Of a stretch of 64,000 nucleotides of DNA, positions 46,286 to 55,279 are shown piece after piece. The notes under the pieces are model-generated. The model was given only the letters and a program-made list of their open reading frames with translations, was not told where the DNA came from and made no database searches. Position numbers and translations under genes: made by a program. The stretch covers positions 229,854 through 293,853 of the forward strand of contig CBDBPP010000002.1 of assembly GCA_965208825.1 (NCBI GenBank). The letters run 5' to 3'. Each line of letters begins with the position of its first letter. Position 1 is the first letter of the stretch. Origin of the DNA: Dehalococcoidia bacterium (GTDB lineage: Bacteria; Chloroflexota; Dehalococcoidia; Lucifugimonadales; UBA3495).

Positions 46286-47188
46286 ATGACTCAATCATTC
46301 CCTCAAGACGAGTGGACTCGCTACGGCGGCCTGCGCCTCCACGTGCGCAACTGGGGCGGCAGCGGACGCCCGGTTGTCCTGCTCCACGGCCTGGCCTCCA
46401 CCTGCCGCATCTGGGACCTCGTCGCTCCCATCCTGGCCCGGGATTTCTCCGTCATCGCCGTCGACCAGCGCGGACACGGCGACAGCGGCAAGCCGGATAA
46501 GGGATACGACTTCGCCACCGTGGCCTCCGACACTGCGGCGCTGCTCGCCGGGCGAGGAATCCGGCGCCCCATCCTGGTCGGCCACTCCTGGGGCGCCGAC
46601 GTGGCTTTGGAACTGGCCGCCGCCCGCCCGGGTTTGCTTCAGGGCCTCGTCTTCGTTGACGGCGGCACCATCGACCCCTCGGCCCGCTACGACTCCCTGG
46701 ACGACGCCCTTGAACAGATGGCGCCTCCCGACTTTCGCGGCGTGACACCCGCGCAGTTTCTCGAGCACGTCCGGTCAGGAGGCCAGTGGGCCCAGCTCAT
46801 CGACCAGCACGGCCAGGCGGCCCAGGACATTATTCTCGCCAACTTCGAAATCCTCGACGACGGCACCCTGCGCTCCAGGCTCTCCCGCGAGAACCACCTG
46901 CGCATCATCCGCGCGCTGTGGAAGCACCACCCCCGCGATCTGTATCCGAACGTGGACTGCCCCGTCCTGATGCTGCCCGCTCGCCAGAAAGACAACCCTG
47001 ACCACTACGAGCGCACCCTGGCCCGAACCGAGTCCTTTGCCGCGGCTGAGGAACTGCTGCCATCCAGCAGGACCGTTTGGCTGGAAGACAGCATCCACGA
47101 TGTCCCTGTGCAGCGCCCCGAGCTGGTGGCTGCTACCATCCGAGACCAGATCAACTCGGGATTCTTCGATCTTGAGATGCGCCAATAG
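46286..47188 (+). CDS. alpha/beta hydrolase
   Basis: VVLLHGLAST and nucleophile elbow VGHSWGADVA. Confidence 0.85.
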   Translation: MTQSFPQDEWTRYGGLRLHVRNWGGSGRPVVLLHGLASTCRIWDLVAPILARDFSVIAVDQRGHGDSGKPDKGYDFATVASDTAALLAGRGIRRPILVGHSWGADVALELAAARPGLLQGLVFVDGGTIDPSARYDSLDDALEQMAPPDFRGVTPAQFLEHVRSGGQWAQLIDQHGQAAQDIILANFEILDDGTLRSRLSRENHLRIIRALWKHHPRDLYPNVDCPVLMLPARQKDNPDHYERTLARTESFAAAEELLPSSRTVWLEDSIHDVPVQRPELVAATIRDQINSGFFDLEMRQ

Positions 47189-47210
47189 ACGCCTTTCACC
47201 TGCCAAATAT

Positions 47211-47250
47211 CCCCTCTCCCTTGAGGGAGAAAGTTAGGGTGAGGGTGAAC
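47211..47250. repeat. family B repeat
   Basis: CCCCTCTCCCTTGAGGGAGAAAGTTAGGGTGAGGGTGAAC. Confidence 0.75.
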
Positions 47251-47284
47251 CCTCCAACGGGAAAACTCTTACAAGGAAACAAAC

Positions 47285-48058
47285 ATGGCGGCAGTGGACT
47301 ACTCGGTACTGGACGACATCGGCGTCTCGATGAACGCCTTCTACCCCCGCAAGAACTGGTCCTCGGCGCCACCGGGCGCCAGCGACCACTCTGTCGCTGT
47401 AGACGACGGCATCACCCTCTCCGCTCGTTTCTTTCCGGTTTCCGGCGCCGCCCCAACCATACTGTTCTTCTACGGGAACGGCGAGACCTCCAGCGACTAC
47501 ACCAACATCGCTCCCCTGTACAACCAGGCCGGATTGAACTTCTTCGTCGCCTACTACCGGGGCTACGGTCAGAGCACCGGCTGGCCCTCCTTCACCACCA
47601 TGCTGGCCGACTCAGTCAGGGTCCTGGACTACGTCGAAGCTACGCTTGCAGAAGTGGGACAAACGGGCGCCCTGTTCGTCATGGGCCGCTCCATGGGCCG
47701 CCACTCCGCCTTCGAGCTGGCCGCCAACCACGGCAGCCGGTTGGCGGGCGTCATCATCGAGAGCGGCCGCCCCCGCTTGGCCAATTTTGCCCAGGCGTTG
47801 CCGCAGCAGCAGGCCGTGCAGTTGGAAAACGCCTATTTCGCCAAGGTCAGTTCCATTACAATTCCATCGCTGGTCATCCACGGAGAGCAGGACACCCTCG
47901 CGCCGGTAGATCAGGCCGTCGAGATGCACCAAGCCTTCGGGTCCACCGACAAGCGACTGCTCGTTATCCCAGGCGCGGGACACAACGACCTGCTTTACCG
48001 TGGCCTTGACGACTATTTCGCCGCCATCAAGGAATTTACGGGAGCCAGTAAGGAGTAA
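47285..48058 (+). CDS. alpha/beta hydrolase (S9/S33-like)
   Basis: ILFFYGNGE, nucleophile elbow GRSMGR, and HGEQDTLAP with GAGHNDL. Confidence 0.8.
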   Translation: MAAVDYSVLDDIGVSMNAFYPRKNWSSAPPGASDHSVAVDDGITLSARFFPVSGAAPTILFFYGNGETSSDYTNIAPLYNQAGLNFFVAYYRGYGQSTGWPSFTTMLADSVRVLDYVEATLAEVGQTGALFVMGRSMGRHSAFELAANHGSRLAGVIIESGRPRLANFAQALPQQQAVQLENAYFAKVSSITIPSLVIHGEQDTLAPVDQAVEMHQAFGSTDKRLLVIPGAGHNDLLYRGLDDYFAAIKEFTGASKE

Positions 48059-48062
48059 GCCC

Positions 48063-48932
48063 ATGCCCAGGATCGTTCGCGCCGGCCTCATCCAGGCGGG
48101 CGTCGGGCAGGACGCCCCCGAGGACATACCGGCCCTCCGCCGCCTCATGCTCGACAAGCACCTCGCCCTTATCGAGGAAGCCGCCGGGCGCGGGGTCGAG
48201 GTGTTGTGCCTGCAGGAGCTGTTCACCAGCCCCTACTTCCCCGCCGAGCAGAATGACCGGTGGCGCCAGCTCGCTGAGCAGGTCCCCGACGGCCCCACCG
48301 TCCGCCTGATGCAGGAGAAAGCGCAGGAACATGGAATGGTCATGGTCGTCCCGGTATTCGAGGAGGAGATCACCGGCCTTTTCTACAACTCCGCCGCTGT
48401 CATAGACTCCGACGGGACCTACCTGGGGAAGTACCGCAAGAACCACCTGCCCCACGTCGACCCAGGCTTCTGGGAAAAGTTCTACTTCCGCCCCGGCAAC
48501 CTCGGCTACCCCGTCTTCGATACTGCCCGGGGCAAGGTGGGAGTCTACATCTGCTACGACCGCCACTTCCCCGAGGGCGCCCGTGCCCTCGGCCTGGCCG
48601 GCGCCGAGATCGTCTTCAACCCCTCCGCCACCGTCGCCGGTCTGTCGGAGTACCTGTGGGGCCTGGAGCAGCCGGCCCATGCCGCCGCCAACGGCTACTT
48701 CCTCGGCGCCATCAACCGCGTCGGCGTGGAGCAGCCGTGGGAGATCGGCGAGTTCTACGGCAGCAGCTACTTCTGCGACCCTCGGGGCCAGATCGTCGTC
48801 CAGGGTTCCCGCGACCGCGACGAAGTTATCGTCGGCGACCTCGACCTGGACGAAATCTCCCAGGTCCGCAACACCTGGCAGTTCTACCGAGACCGCCGCC
48901 CCGACACGTACGGAGGCCTGACAGCGCCATGA
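48063..48932 (+). CDS. carbon-nitrogen hydrolase, beta-ureidopropionase / N-carbamoyl-amide amidase-like
   Basis: E-K-C triad context: LCLQELFTSPYF, GKYRKNHLP and VGVYICYDRHFPE. AAGGAG lies upstream of ATG 48063. Confidence 0.8.
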   Translation: MPRIVRAGLIQAGVGQDAPEDIPALRRLMLDKHLALIEEAAGRGVEVLCLQELFTSPYFPAEQNDRWRQLAEQVPDGPTVRLMQEKAQEHGMVMVVPVFEEEITGLFYNSAAVIDSDGTYLGKYRKNHLPHVDPGFWEKFYFRPGNLGYPVFDTARGKVGVYICYDRHFPEGARALGLAGAEIVFNPSATVAGLSEYLWGLEQPAHAAANGYFLGAINRVGVEQPWEIGEFYGSSYFCDPRGQIVVQGSRDRDEVIVGDLDLDEISQVRNTWQFYRDRRPDTYGGLTAP

Positions 48933-49660
48933 CCTCCACGCCCCGCCTCAGTCTGCCGCCCGACATGGACCCGGACGCTGTCCTGGCCCGTCTCGACCGC
49001 GTGCTGGACCCGGAGCTGGACGAGTCCGTGGTCTCCCTGGGGTTCGTCGAGGAAATCACGAGCGACCACCAGGGCAACCTTACCGTCTCCCTGAGGCTCC
49101 CCACCTACTGGTGCGCCGCCAACTTCTCCTACCTCATGGCCGACGACGCCCGCCGGGCCCTGCTGACCCTCGATGGCGTGCACTCCGTAACCGTCAGGCT
49201 CGGTGAGCACTTCGCCGGCAGTGAAGTCGAACGCGGCACCCGCGCCGCCAGCACCTTCGGCGAAGCCTTCCCTGCCGGCGGTCCCGACACCATCGAAGAG
49301 ACCAGGCAGATTTTCTTGCGCAAGGGATTCTTCGCCCGTCAGGAACGCCTGCTCCGGGCGCTGAAAGATGCGGGCCTGTCCTTTGCCGAAATCGCATCCT
49401 TACATGTGGGCGATGTGCCGTCGGTTGTGGACGCCCGCACCGTTGCTCGCTACCAGGAACGCTGCGAAGAACTGGGGGTCGACACCACCGGCACGGCCAC
49501 GCTCATCGTCGACCTCTCCGGGAATCCCATCCCGCCCGAACGGCTGGAGACCTGGTACCACCGTGCCCGCACCACCCGCCTGGCCATGGAAGCCAGCGGC
49601 TCCCTGTGCTCGGCAATGCTTGAATCAAGGAGCATAAACTGGACCACTCCTTCATCCTGA
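48929..49660 (+). CDS. DUF59 (MIP18/PaaD-like) domain protein with an unknown C-terminal extension
   Basis: VLDPELDESVVSLGFVEEI...LTVSLRLPTYWCAANF. The ATG overlaps the upstream TGA (ATGA). Confidence 0.7.
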   Translation: MTSTPRLSLPPDMDPDAVLARLDRVLDPELDESVVSLGFVEEITSDHQGNLTVSLRLPTYWCAANFSYLMADDARRALLTLDGVHSVTVRLGEHFAGSEVERGTRAASTFGEAFPAGGPDTIEETRQIFLRKGFFARQERLLRALKDAGLSFAEIASLHVGDVPSVVDARTVARYQERCEELGVDTTGTATLIVDLSGNPIPPERLETWYHRARTTRLAMEASGSLCSAMLESRSINWTTPSS

Positions 49661-49734
49661 CCTAGTCGAAGGATGACAGTCTGACCGGAAATATCAGCCA
49701 TACCCGAGAAATCGCGCTAAGGAGGAGGAACGCG

Positions 49735-50763
49735 ATGTACTCAGTGAACGGCGAAGACATATTTGTTGTGGATGGCCACATGCACTTCTGGGACGCCGGC
49801 CCTGACAATCACCGAAACGACTACGGCAATGCCTGGATCAAGTGTTTCTACGACTACCACTCCGCCCTGTCGCCTGCCGAATACGTTTGGGACTTTGAAA
49901 AGTACTGCAATTACGGCGAGGAGGCCCTGCTCAATGACATGTTCCTTGACGGCTACGTCGACGTGGCCGTCCTGAACTCCACCTACCTGTACGAGTTCTT
50001 CAGGACCGGCTTCAACACCCACCAGAAGAACAACGTGGTCAAGCAGAAGCACCCCGACCGTTTCGTCCTTTGCGGCTCCTACGACCCCCGCGAGGAGGAG
50101 GCCGGCCTGGACCGCTTCCGCGAGATGATGGCCGAATACCCCATCGGCGGCCTCAAGCTCTACACCGCCGAGTGGCGCGGCGACTCCCGGGGCTGGAAGC
50201 TCAACGACCCCTGGTCCTACCGCTACCTGGAGCTGGCCCAGGAACTCGGCATCAAGAACGTCCACGTCCACAAGGGCCCCACCATCTACCCCCTGAGCCG
50301 CGACGCCTTTGACGTCAACGACGTCGACTACGCCGCCACCGACTTCCCTGGCCTCAACTTCATCGTCGAGCACGTCGGCCTGCCCCGTCTCGACGACTTC
50401 TGCTGGATCGCGACCCAGGAGCCCAACGTGTACGCCGGTACCTCCGTGGCCATGGCCTTCATCAATTCCCGCCCGAAGTACTACGCCGAAATCATGGCCA
50501 ACCTGCTCTTCTGGCTTGGCGAAGACCGCATCCTCTTCGGCAGCGACTACGCCATCTGGAGCCCGAAGTGGATCATCGACAAATTCATGGCCTTCCAGCT
50601 CCCCGACGACGTCCGCGAGGAGTTTGGCGTCGAGCTGACCCCGACCGTAAAGCGCAAGATCCTCGGGGAGAACGCCGCCCGCCTCTATGGCATCGACATA
50701 CCGGAACGCAGCGCAAAGCTGGCCGCCGACTCCATCGGGACCCAACTGGCGGAGGCCAAGTAA
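49735..50763 (+). CDS. amidohydrolase-2 family metal-dependent hydrolase/decarboxylase
   Basis: FVVDGHMHFWD N-terminal metal motif with a TIM-barrel pattern. Confidence 0.8.
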   Translation: MYSVNGEDIFVVDGHMHFWDAGPDNHRNDYGNAWIKCFYDYHSALSPAEYVWDFEKYCNYGEEALLNDMFLDGYVDVAVLNSTYLYEFFRTGFNTHQKNNVVKQKHPDRFVLCGSYDPREEEAGLDRFREMMAEYPIGGLKLYTAEWRGDSRGWKLNDPWSYRYLELAQELGIKNVHVHKGPTIYPLSRDAFDVNDVDYAATDFPGLNFIVEHVGLPRLDDFCWIATQEPNVYAGTSVAMAFINSRPKYYAEIMANLLFWLGEDRILFGSDYAIWSPKWIIDKFMAFQLPDDVREEFGVELTPTVKRKILGENAARLYGIDIPERSAKLAADSIGTQLAEAK

Positions 50764-50832
50764 TTGCGTCTGTAAACTGCCCCCAATTCCCTCCCACTCG
50801 ACGGAGAAGGTTGTGGTGGGGGTGAAATCTGT

Positions 50833-50865
50833 ACCCTCTCTTGAGGGAGAGGGTTAGGGTGAAAC
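50833..50865. repeat. family B repeat
   Basis: ACCCTCTCTTGAGGGAGAGGGTTAGGGTGAAAC. Confidence 0.75.
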
Positions 50866-50921
50866 GGAAGGCCTCGGCCACGAGTGTCTCCAGCGTTTCC
50901 AAAGGGCAAGGACAACGCGGC

Positions 50922-51962
50922 ATGGCAGCCATCACCATCGACGAAACCTTGGACCTGCTCAGCTTCGCCGGCGCCGAGCTGGTCAACGGCAACTCCAATC
51001 ACGGCCCCATGGCCGCCGAAGCACTCTTCGCCTTGGGAAGAGACGACGCCGTCTTGCCCTGGGTCGAAGCGTACCGCCGTCGCTTGATCTACCGGCCCCA
51101 GCCCTCCCTGGCCATCCCGCCGGACGAGTGGCGCGAGCACCTCGGTGCCAGCGAACGCATCGGCGACTGGATCACACTGTTCGAGAACGAACTCGCCGAG
51201 GCTCCGTGGCGCGCCGTCGTCCGGCAGTGGGTCCCCCGCCTGGCGCCGGGCCTCATGGCCGCCGCCACCCACGGGCTCATCCGCACCGCCCACGCCGTCC
51301 GCTCCCTCTCCCGCGCCGAAACTCCCCAGCGGAAGTACGAGCTGGCCCAGGGCCTCGGCTATTGGGCCGCCCGCTACTACCAACTGCCTGGGTCTCCGAC
51401 GCCAGTCGGTAGCAGCGACAGCCCCAGAGACGCCCTCAGCCGCGTCCAGCGCCTCCACGACTCTTCCTTCGACCTCAGTGGCTCCATCGCCCAACAGGTG
51501 AAGGGCATCGAGGCCCACCCGGAGTTTGCGCCGGTCATCGACCTCGCGGGCCCCCAGGGCGATGTCTCCCGGTTCCTCTCCGAGCTGACTGAGACCTTCG
51601 CCCTCATCTACCTCGCCAGCAACAAAAACCTTATCGCCTTCGTCCACACCGTCACTGCCCCCAGCGCCCTGCGGCTGCTGTTGCCATGCCTGAAAGAGCA
51701 GGATGCCCGTCTTGCAACCCGCTACGCCTGGCAGGCTTGCGCCGCCGTATACGCCTGGTACGCCACCGCGCCCGCACAGGACCGCCCGGAGCCGTCCGTG
51801 CCCGCGGAGACCCACGACCAGCTCATTGACCGGGCCGTGGCTGCCGGCGGCGCCCACTCCATCAAGTTCACCGAGGCCTGCCTGCGGGAATATGCGATCA
51901 ATCCCAGCCCCGTCTACCTTGCCGCCGCCCGTGATGCCGCCCAGCGCGTGGGCCCGATCTAG
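50922..51962 (+). CDS. DUF4243 / questin-oxidase-like protein
   Basis: NGNSNHGPMAAEALFALGR motif near the N-terminus. The upstream 27 codons of the track ORF are repeat-encoded. Confidence 0.65.
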   Translation: MAAITIDETLDLLSFAGAELVNGNSNHGPMAAEALFALGRDDAVLPWVEAYRRRLIYRPQPSLAIPPDEWREHLGASERIGDWITLFENELAEAPWRAVVRQWVPRLAPGLMAAATHGLIRTAHAVRSLSRAETPQRKYELAQGLGYWAARYYQLPGSPTPVGSSDSPRDALSRVQRLHDSSFDLSGSIAQQVKGIEAHPEFAPVIDLAGPQGDVSRFLSELTETFALIYLASNKNLIAFVHTVTAPSALRLLLPCLKEQDARLATRYAWQACAAVYAWYATAPAQDRPEPSVPAETHDQLIDRAVAAGGAHSIKFTEACLREYAINPSPVYLAAARDAAQRVGPI

Positions 51963-52051
51963 GACGCCGCAACCGTAATTGTTGCGTTATTCATTCGTGC
52001 TAGAATGCCCTCGCTCAAGGCACCACCCAGCGAATATTGGCCCGGAATGTG

Positions 52052-53113
52052 ATGTCCCTTAACCGCCGCGCCCGCCAGCACGAGGTCGAAGACCCGCTGG
52101 ACGCCATCGAGGAGTGCTACCGCAACGGTTGGACCGACGGCCTGCCCGTCGTGCCTCCAACTCCCTCGCGGGTCGACGCCATGCTGGCCCACGTCAACCT
52201 CGACCCGGAGCAGGTCCTGGGGGAGGTCCCCGTTCGGCGGCGCGCCCTCACTGCCGAGCTGGCAGCGGCCAACGCAGTGATGGCCGGCTGCCTCCCTGAG
52301 TACTTCCCCGTGGTCCTGGCCACCATGGACGCCATGTTTCAGCACGACCCAAACTGCATCCATGAGGCCTCCGCCGCCACCAATTCTCCCGGCATTCTCA
52401 TCCTGGTCAACGGCCCCATTCGAAAAGACATCGCACTCAACTGCGGAGGCAACCTGTTCAGCCCCGGCCACCGACCCAACGCCACCATCGGTCGCGCCAT
52501 CCGCCTCATACTGATCAACGTGTTCGAGCAGCGTCCCAACGTACTCGACCGTGGTACCATGGGCTCCCTCGCCAAGTATGGAGTCTGCATCGGCGAGGAC
52601 GAGGAACAAAGCCCCTGGGAACCCTTCCACGTTTCCCGTGGCTTCGACTCCGGGCAGTCCACTGTCACCGTGGCCACTGTGCAGGACCCGGAAATGCTGG
52701 GCAACCGCTACGGCGTTACAGCCGAGAGCCTGATGGACGCCACCGCCGATGCCATGGCCAGCCACGGCCTGGGCATATACTTGAACAGCTCGCCTTGGTT
52801 CTGGGTCGTGGGACACTGGCATTCCGAGATGCTGGGCCGCCAGGGCTGGGACCGCCCCAGCATCCAGCACTATATCCACGAGAAAGCCTGGCGGTCCCGT
52901 GCCCGGATGAAGCGCCTTGGTGCCGTCAACGGCTCCATTCAGGATGGCGACGAGGACACCCGGGTTCCGGCTGCCCCCACCCCCGAAAGCATCCTGGTCG
53001 TGAAGGGTGGTGGCGACAGCGGCATTTACAGCGAGCTCATGATGAACTATCACGGCCTGCCGGCCATCACCGTCCCCATCCGCGACTCGTGGAAGGACTT
53101 CCGGGTTGAATAG
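52052..53113 (+). CDS. conserved hypothetical protein
   Basis: Coherent 353-aa ORF with NGWTDGLPVVPPT and AANAVMAGCLPEYFPVV. I recognise no family. The start is ambiguous (TTG 52037, GTG 52049 or ATG 52052). Confidence 0.6.
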   Translation: MSLNRRARQHEVEDPLDAIEECYRNGWTDGLPVVPPTPSRVDAMLAHVNLDPEQVLGEVPVRRRALTAELAAANAVMAGCLPEYFPVVLATMDAMFQHDPNCIHEASAATNSPGILILVNGPIRKDIALNCGGNLFSPGHRPNATIGRAIRLILINVFEQRPNVLDRGTMGSLAKYGVCIGEDEEQSPWEPFHVSRGFDSGQSTVTVATVQDPEMLGNRYGVTAESLMDATADAMASHGLGIYLNSSPWFWVVGHWHSEMLGRQGWDRPSIQHYIHEKAWRSRARMKRLGAVNGSIQDGDEDTRVPAAPTPESILVVKGGGDSGIYSELMMNYHGLPAITVPIRDSWKDFRVE

Positions 53114-53185
53114 AGTTGGGACTCAGGCATCCCGGTCCATCCTTCGGGATCGCCAACACTCCTTCCGCATCTGGGAGATGAGCAA

Positions 53186-53743
53186 ATGACCGCGCCAGCA
53201 ACGCACAGCATCCAGCTGGTGGACCCCACCGGCGCTGACCCCGGCCCCAACCCGCTCACGCTGGCCGGACGGCCCGTGGATCTTCGGGGCAAGCGACTGG
53301 TTCTACTGGACAATTCCAAGGCCAATTCCGATGTCATTATCCGCGGTATCAGCGAGATTCTGAACGACGAGTTCGAGTTCTCCGATGTCCTGTATCTCAA
53401 AAAACACAGCGCCTCCCTGCCTCCCAAACCGGAGATCATGGAGGAGCTCCACCGCCACGCCGACCTGGTGATCACCGGCATCGGCGATTGAGGGGGTTGC
53501 TCGTCGGGCAGTCTGCACGACGGAATTACCCTGGAGCGGTTGGGTTTCCCCACCGCCACCATCATCACCAGCGTGTTCGTCACCACCGCCAGGGCCTATA
53601 CCAAGCTAATGGGCGTGCCCGGCTTCCCCTACATCGTCTGCCCCCATCCCATCACCAACGTCGGCGCCGATGGACTTGACCAGAGAATACAGGAGCTTGC
53701 TCCCCAGGTGTCCCGCCTGTTGCAGGAAGGCACCGTAAACTGA
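53186..53743 (+). CDS. candidate selenoprotein (in-frame UGA at 53489-53491)
   Basis: Track ORFs 53186-53491 and 53540-53743 are in the same frame and the gap between them is open. Read-through gives ...ITGIGD-U-GGCSSGS... A hairpin at 53502-53522 begins 10 nt after the UGA. Confidence 0.5.
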
Positions 53744-53803
53744 ACTTGACCATCCAAGTGGTCCATCGAGAAACTATCTCAAAAATTATCACAACCCAGA
53801 ATC

Positions 53804-53828
53804 CGCCATTCCCGCGAAAGCGGGAATG
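53804..53828. repeat. family A hairpin repeat
   Basis: CGCCATTCCCGCGAAAGCGGGAATG. Confidence 0.8.
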
Positions 53829-53909
53829 TAATTTCGAAAGCCAATCGCATTCCTCAAACACCCTTTTGCGGACCATCCACCAGGCACTTACAGGGCCCGA
53901 GGTACACAC

Positions 53910-54740
53910 ATGACATCCGAACGGGGAACCCGGTTGAGCGGCAAGGTCGCCATCGTCACCGGCGCCGGAGCCACCGGCAGCGGCGAGTTTGTTGGCATCG
54001 GCCAAGCCATCTCCATCCTGTTCGCCCGCCAGGGCGCTAGGGTGCTCCTCGTGGACCGCGATGAGCGCAACGCCGGCACCACACTGGCGATGATCCGCGA
54101 GGAGGGCGGCGAGGCATCCATCTTCGCCGGCGACGTCACCAGCAACGATGACTGTCGCGACATGACCGAGGCCGCCAGGGCCCGCTACGGCAACGTCAGC
54201 GTGCTGGTCAACAACGTTGGCATCAGCGGCCCCGGCTCCGTTACCGACGTCGACGAGGACTTCTGGGACACGGTGATGGACGTCAACGTCAAGAGCGTCA
54301 TGCTATGCAGCAAACACGCCATCCCGCAGATGATCGAGGCCGGCGGCGGCTCCATCGTCAACCTCTCCTCCATCGTCGGCCTCCGTGCCGGCGGTGGGCG
54401 GCCCAGCCACCCCTACGCCGCTTCCAAGGGCGGCATTATCGGCCTCAGCAACTCCATGGCCGTCCACTACGGGCGCGACAATGTCCGTGTCAACTGCATC
54501 GCCCCCGGCCACATCCACAGCCCTATGGTTGCTCGCCACGCCTCCGAGGAGATGCTGGAACTGCGCCGCAAGGCTGGCCCCCTCGGCGTGGAAGGCACGC
54601 CCTGGGACGTCGCCTACGCTGCGCTGTTCCTGGCCTCCGACGAGTCACGCTGGGTCTCCGGTGTGACCCTGCCCGTCGACGCCGGCCTACTTGCCGCCAC
54701 CCCGCTCGCCATGTACCCTCACATCCGCGACCCGGAGTAA
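53910..54740 (+). CDS. SDR-family oxidoreductase
   Basis: KVAIVTGAGATGSGEFVGIGQAI (a TGxxxGxG variant with an insert) and catalytic YAASKGG. Confidence 0.88.
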   Translation: MTSERGTRLSGKVAIVTGAGATGSGEFVGIGQAISILFARQGARVLLVDRDERNAGTTLAMIREEGGEASIFAGDVTSNDDCRDMTEAARARYGNVSVLVNNVGISGPGSVTDVDEDFWDTVMDVNVKSVMLCSKHAIPQMIEAGGGSIVNLSSIVGLRAGGGRPSHPYAASKGGIIGLSNSMAVHYGRDNVRVNCIAPGHIHSPMVARHASEEMLELRRKAGPLGVEGTPWDVAYAALFLASDESRWVSGVTLPVDAGLLAATPLAMYPHIRDPE

Positions 54741-54784
54741 GGTCCGCCCCTCAATTCTCTCGCCAGTTCACAAGGAGAAAGAAC

Positions 54785-55279
54785 ATGTCCACTCAAGATT
54801 TCTCAGGCCTCGCCACCCAGTTGGCACAATTGCAGCGCAGGGTGCAGAACCTCGAGTCCGCCAACGAAATCCGTAACCTCAAGGCCGAGTACGCCGCCGC
54901 CTGCGACGACAACTACAATGCCGACCGCATCGCCTCCCTGTTCGTCGAGGACGCCACCTGGGAGAGCGAGGGCCTAGGCCGCTTCGAAGGGCGCGAGGCC
55001 ATCCGCGAGTTCTTCCGCGGCATTTCCAGCCACTTCGTCTTCGCCCTGCATTACGGCCTCAACCCCAACATCACAGTAACCGGCGACACGGCCCGCGCCC
55101 GCTGGTACCTGTTCATGCCCTGCACAGTGGGAGAATCGGGCCAGGCTATGTGGCGAGCCGGCATCGACGACGAAGAGTACGTTCGCGCGGGCGGCCTGTG
55201 GAGGTTCAAGAGCAAGAAGTCGGCCCCCATTTTCAACACCACCTTCGAGCAGGGCTGGGCCAAGCAGCCCTTCGCCTAG
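54785..55279 (+). CDS. SnoaL-like / NTF2-fold protein
   Basis: 164 aa with the YAAACDD...FVEDATWE pattern. AAGGAG lies upstream of ATG 54785. The long track ORF from 54305 overlaps the SDR gene out of frame. Confidence 0.65.
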   Translation: MSTQDFSGLATQLAQLQRRVQNLESANEIRNLKAEYAAACDDNYNADRIASLFVEDATWESEGLGRFEGREAIREFFRGISSHFVFALHYGLNPNITVTGDTARARWYLFMPCTVGESGQAMWRAGIDDEEYVRAGGLWRFKSKKSAPIFNTTFEQGWAKQPFA

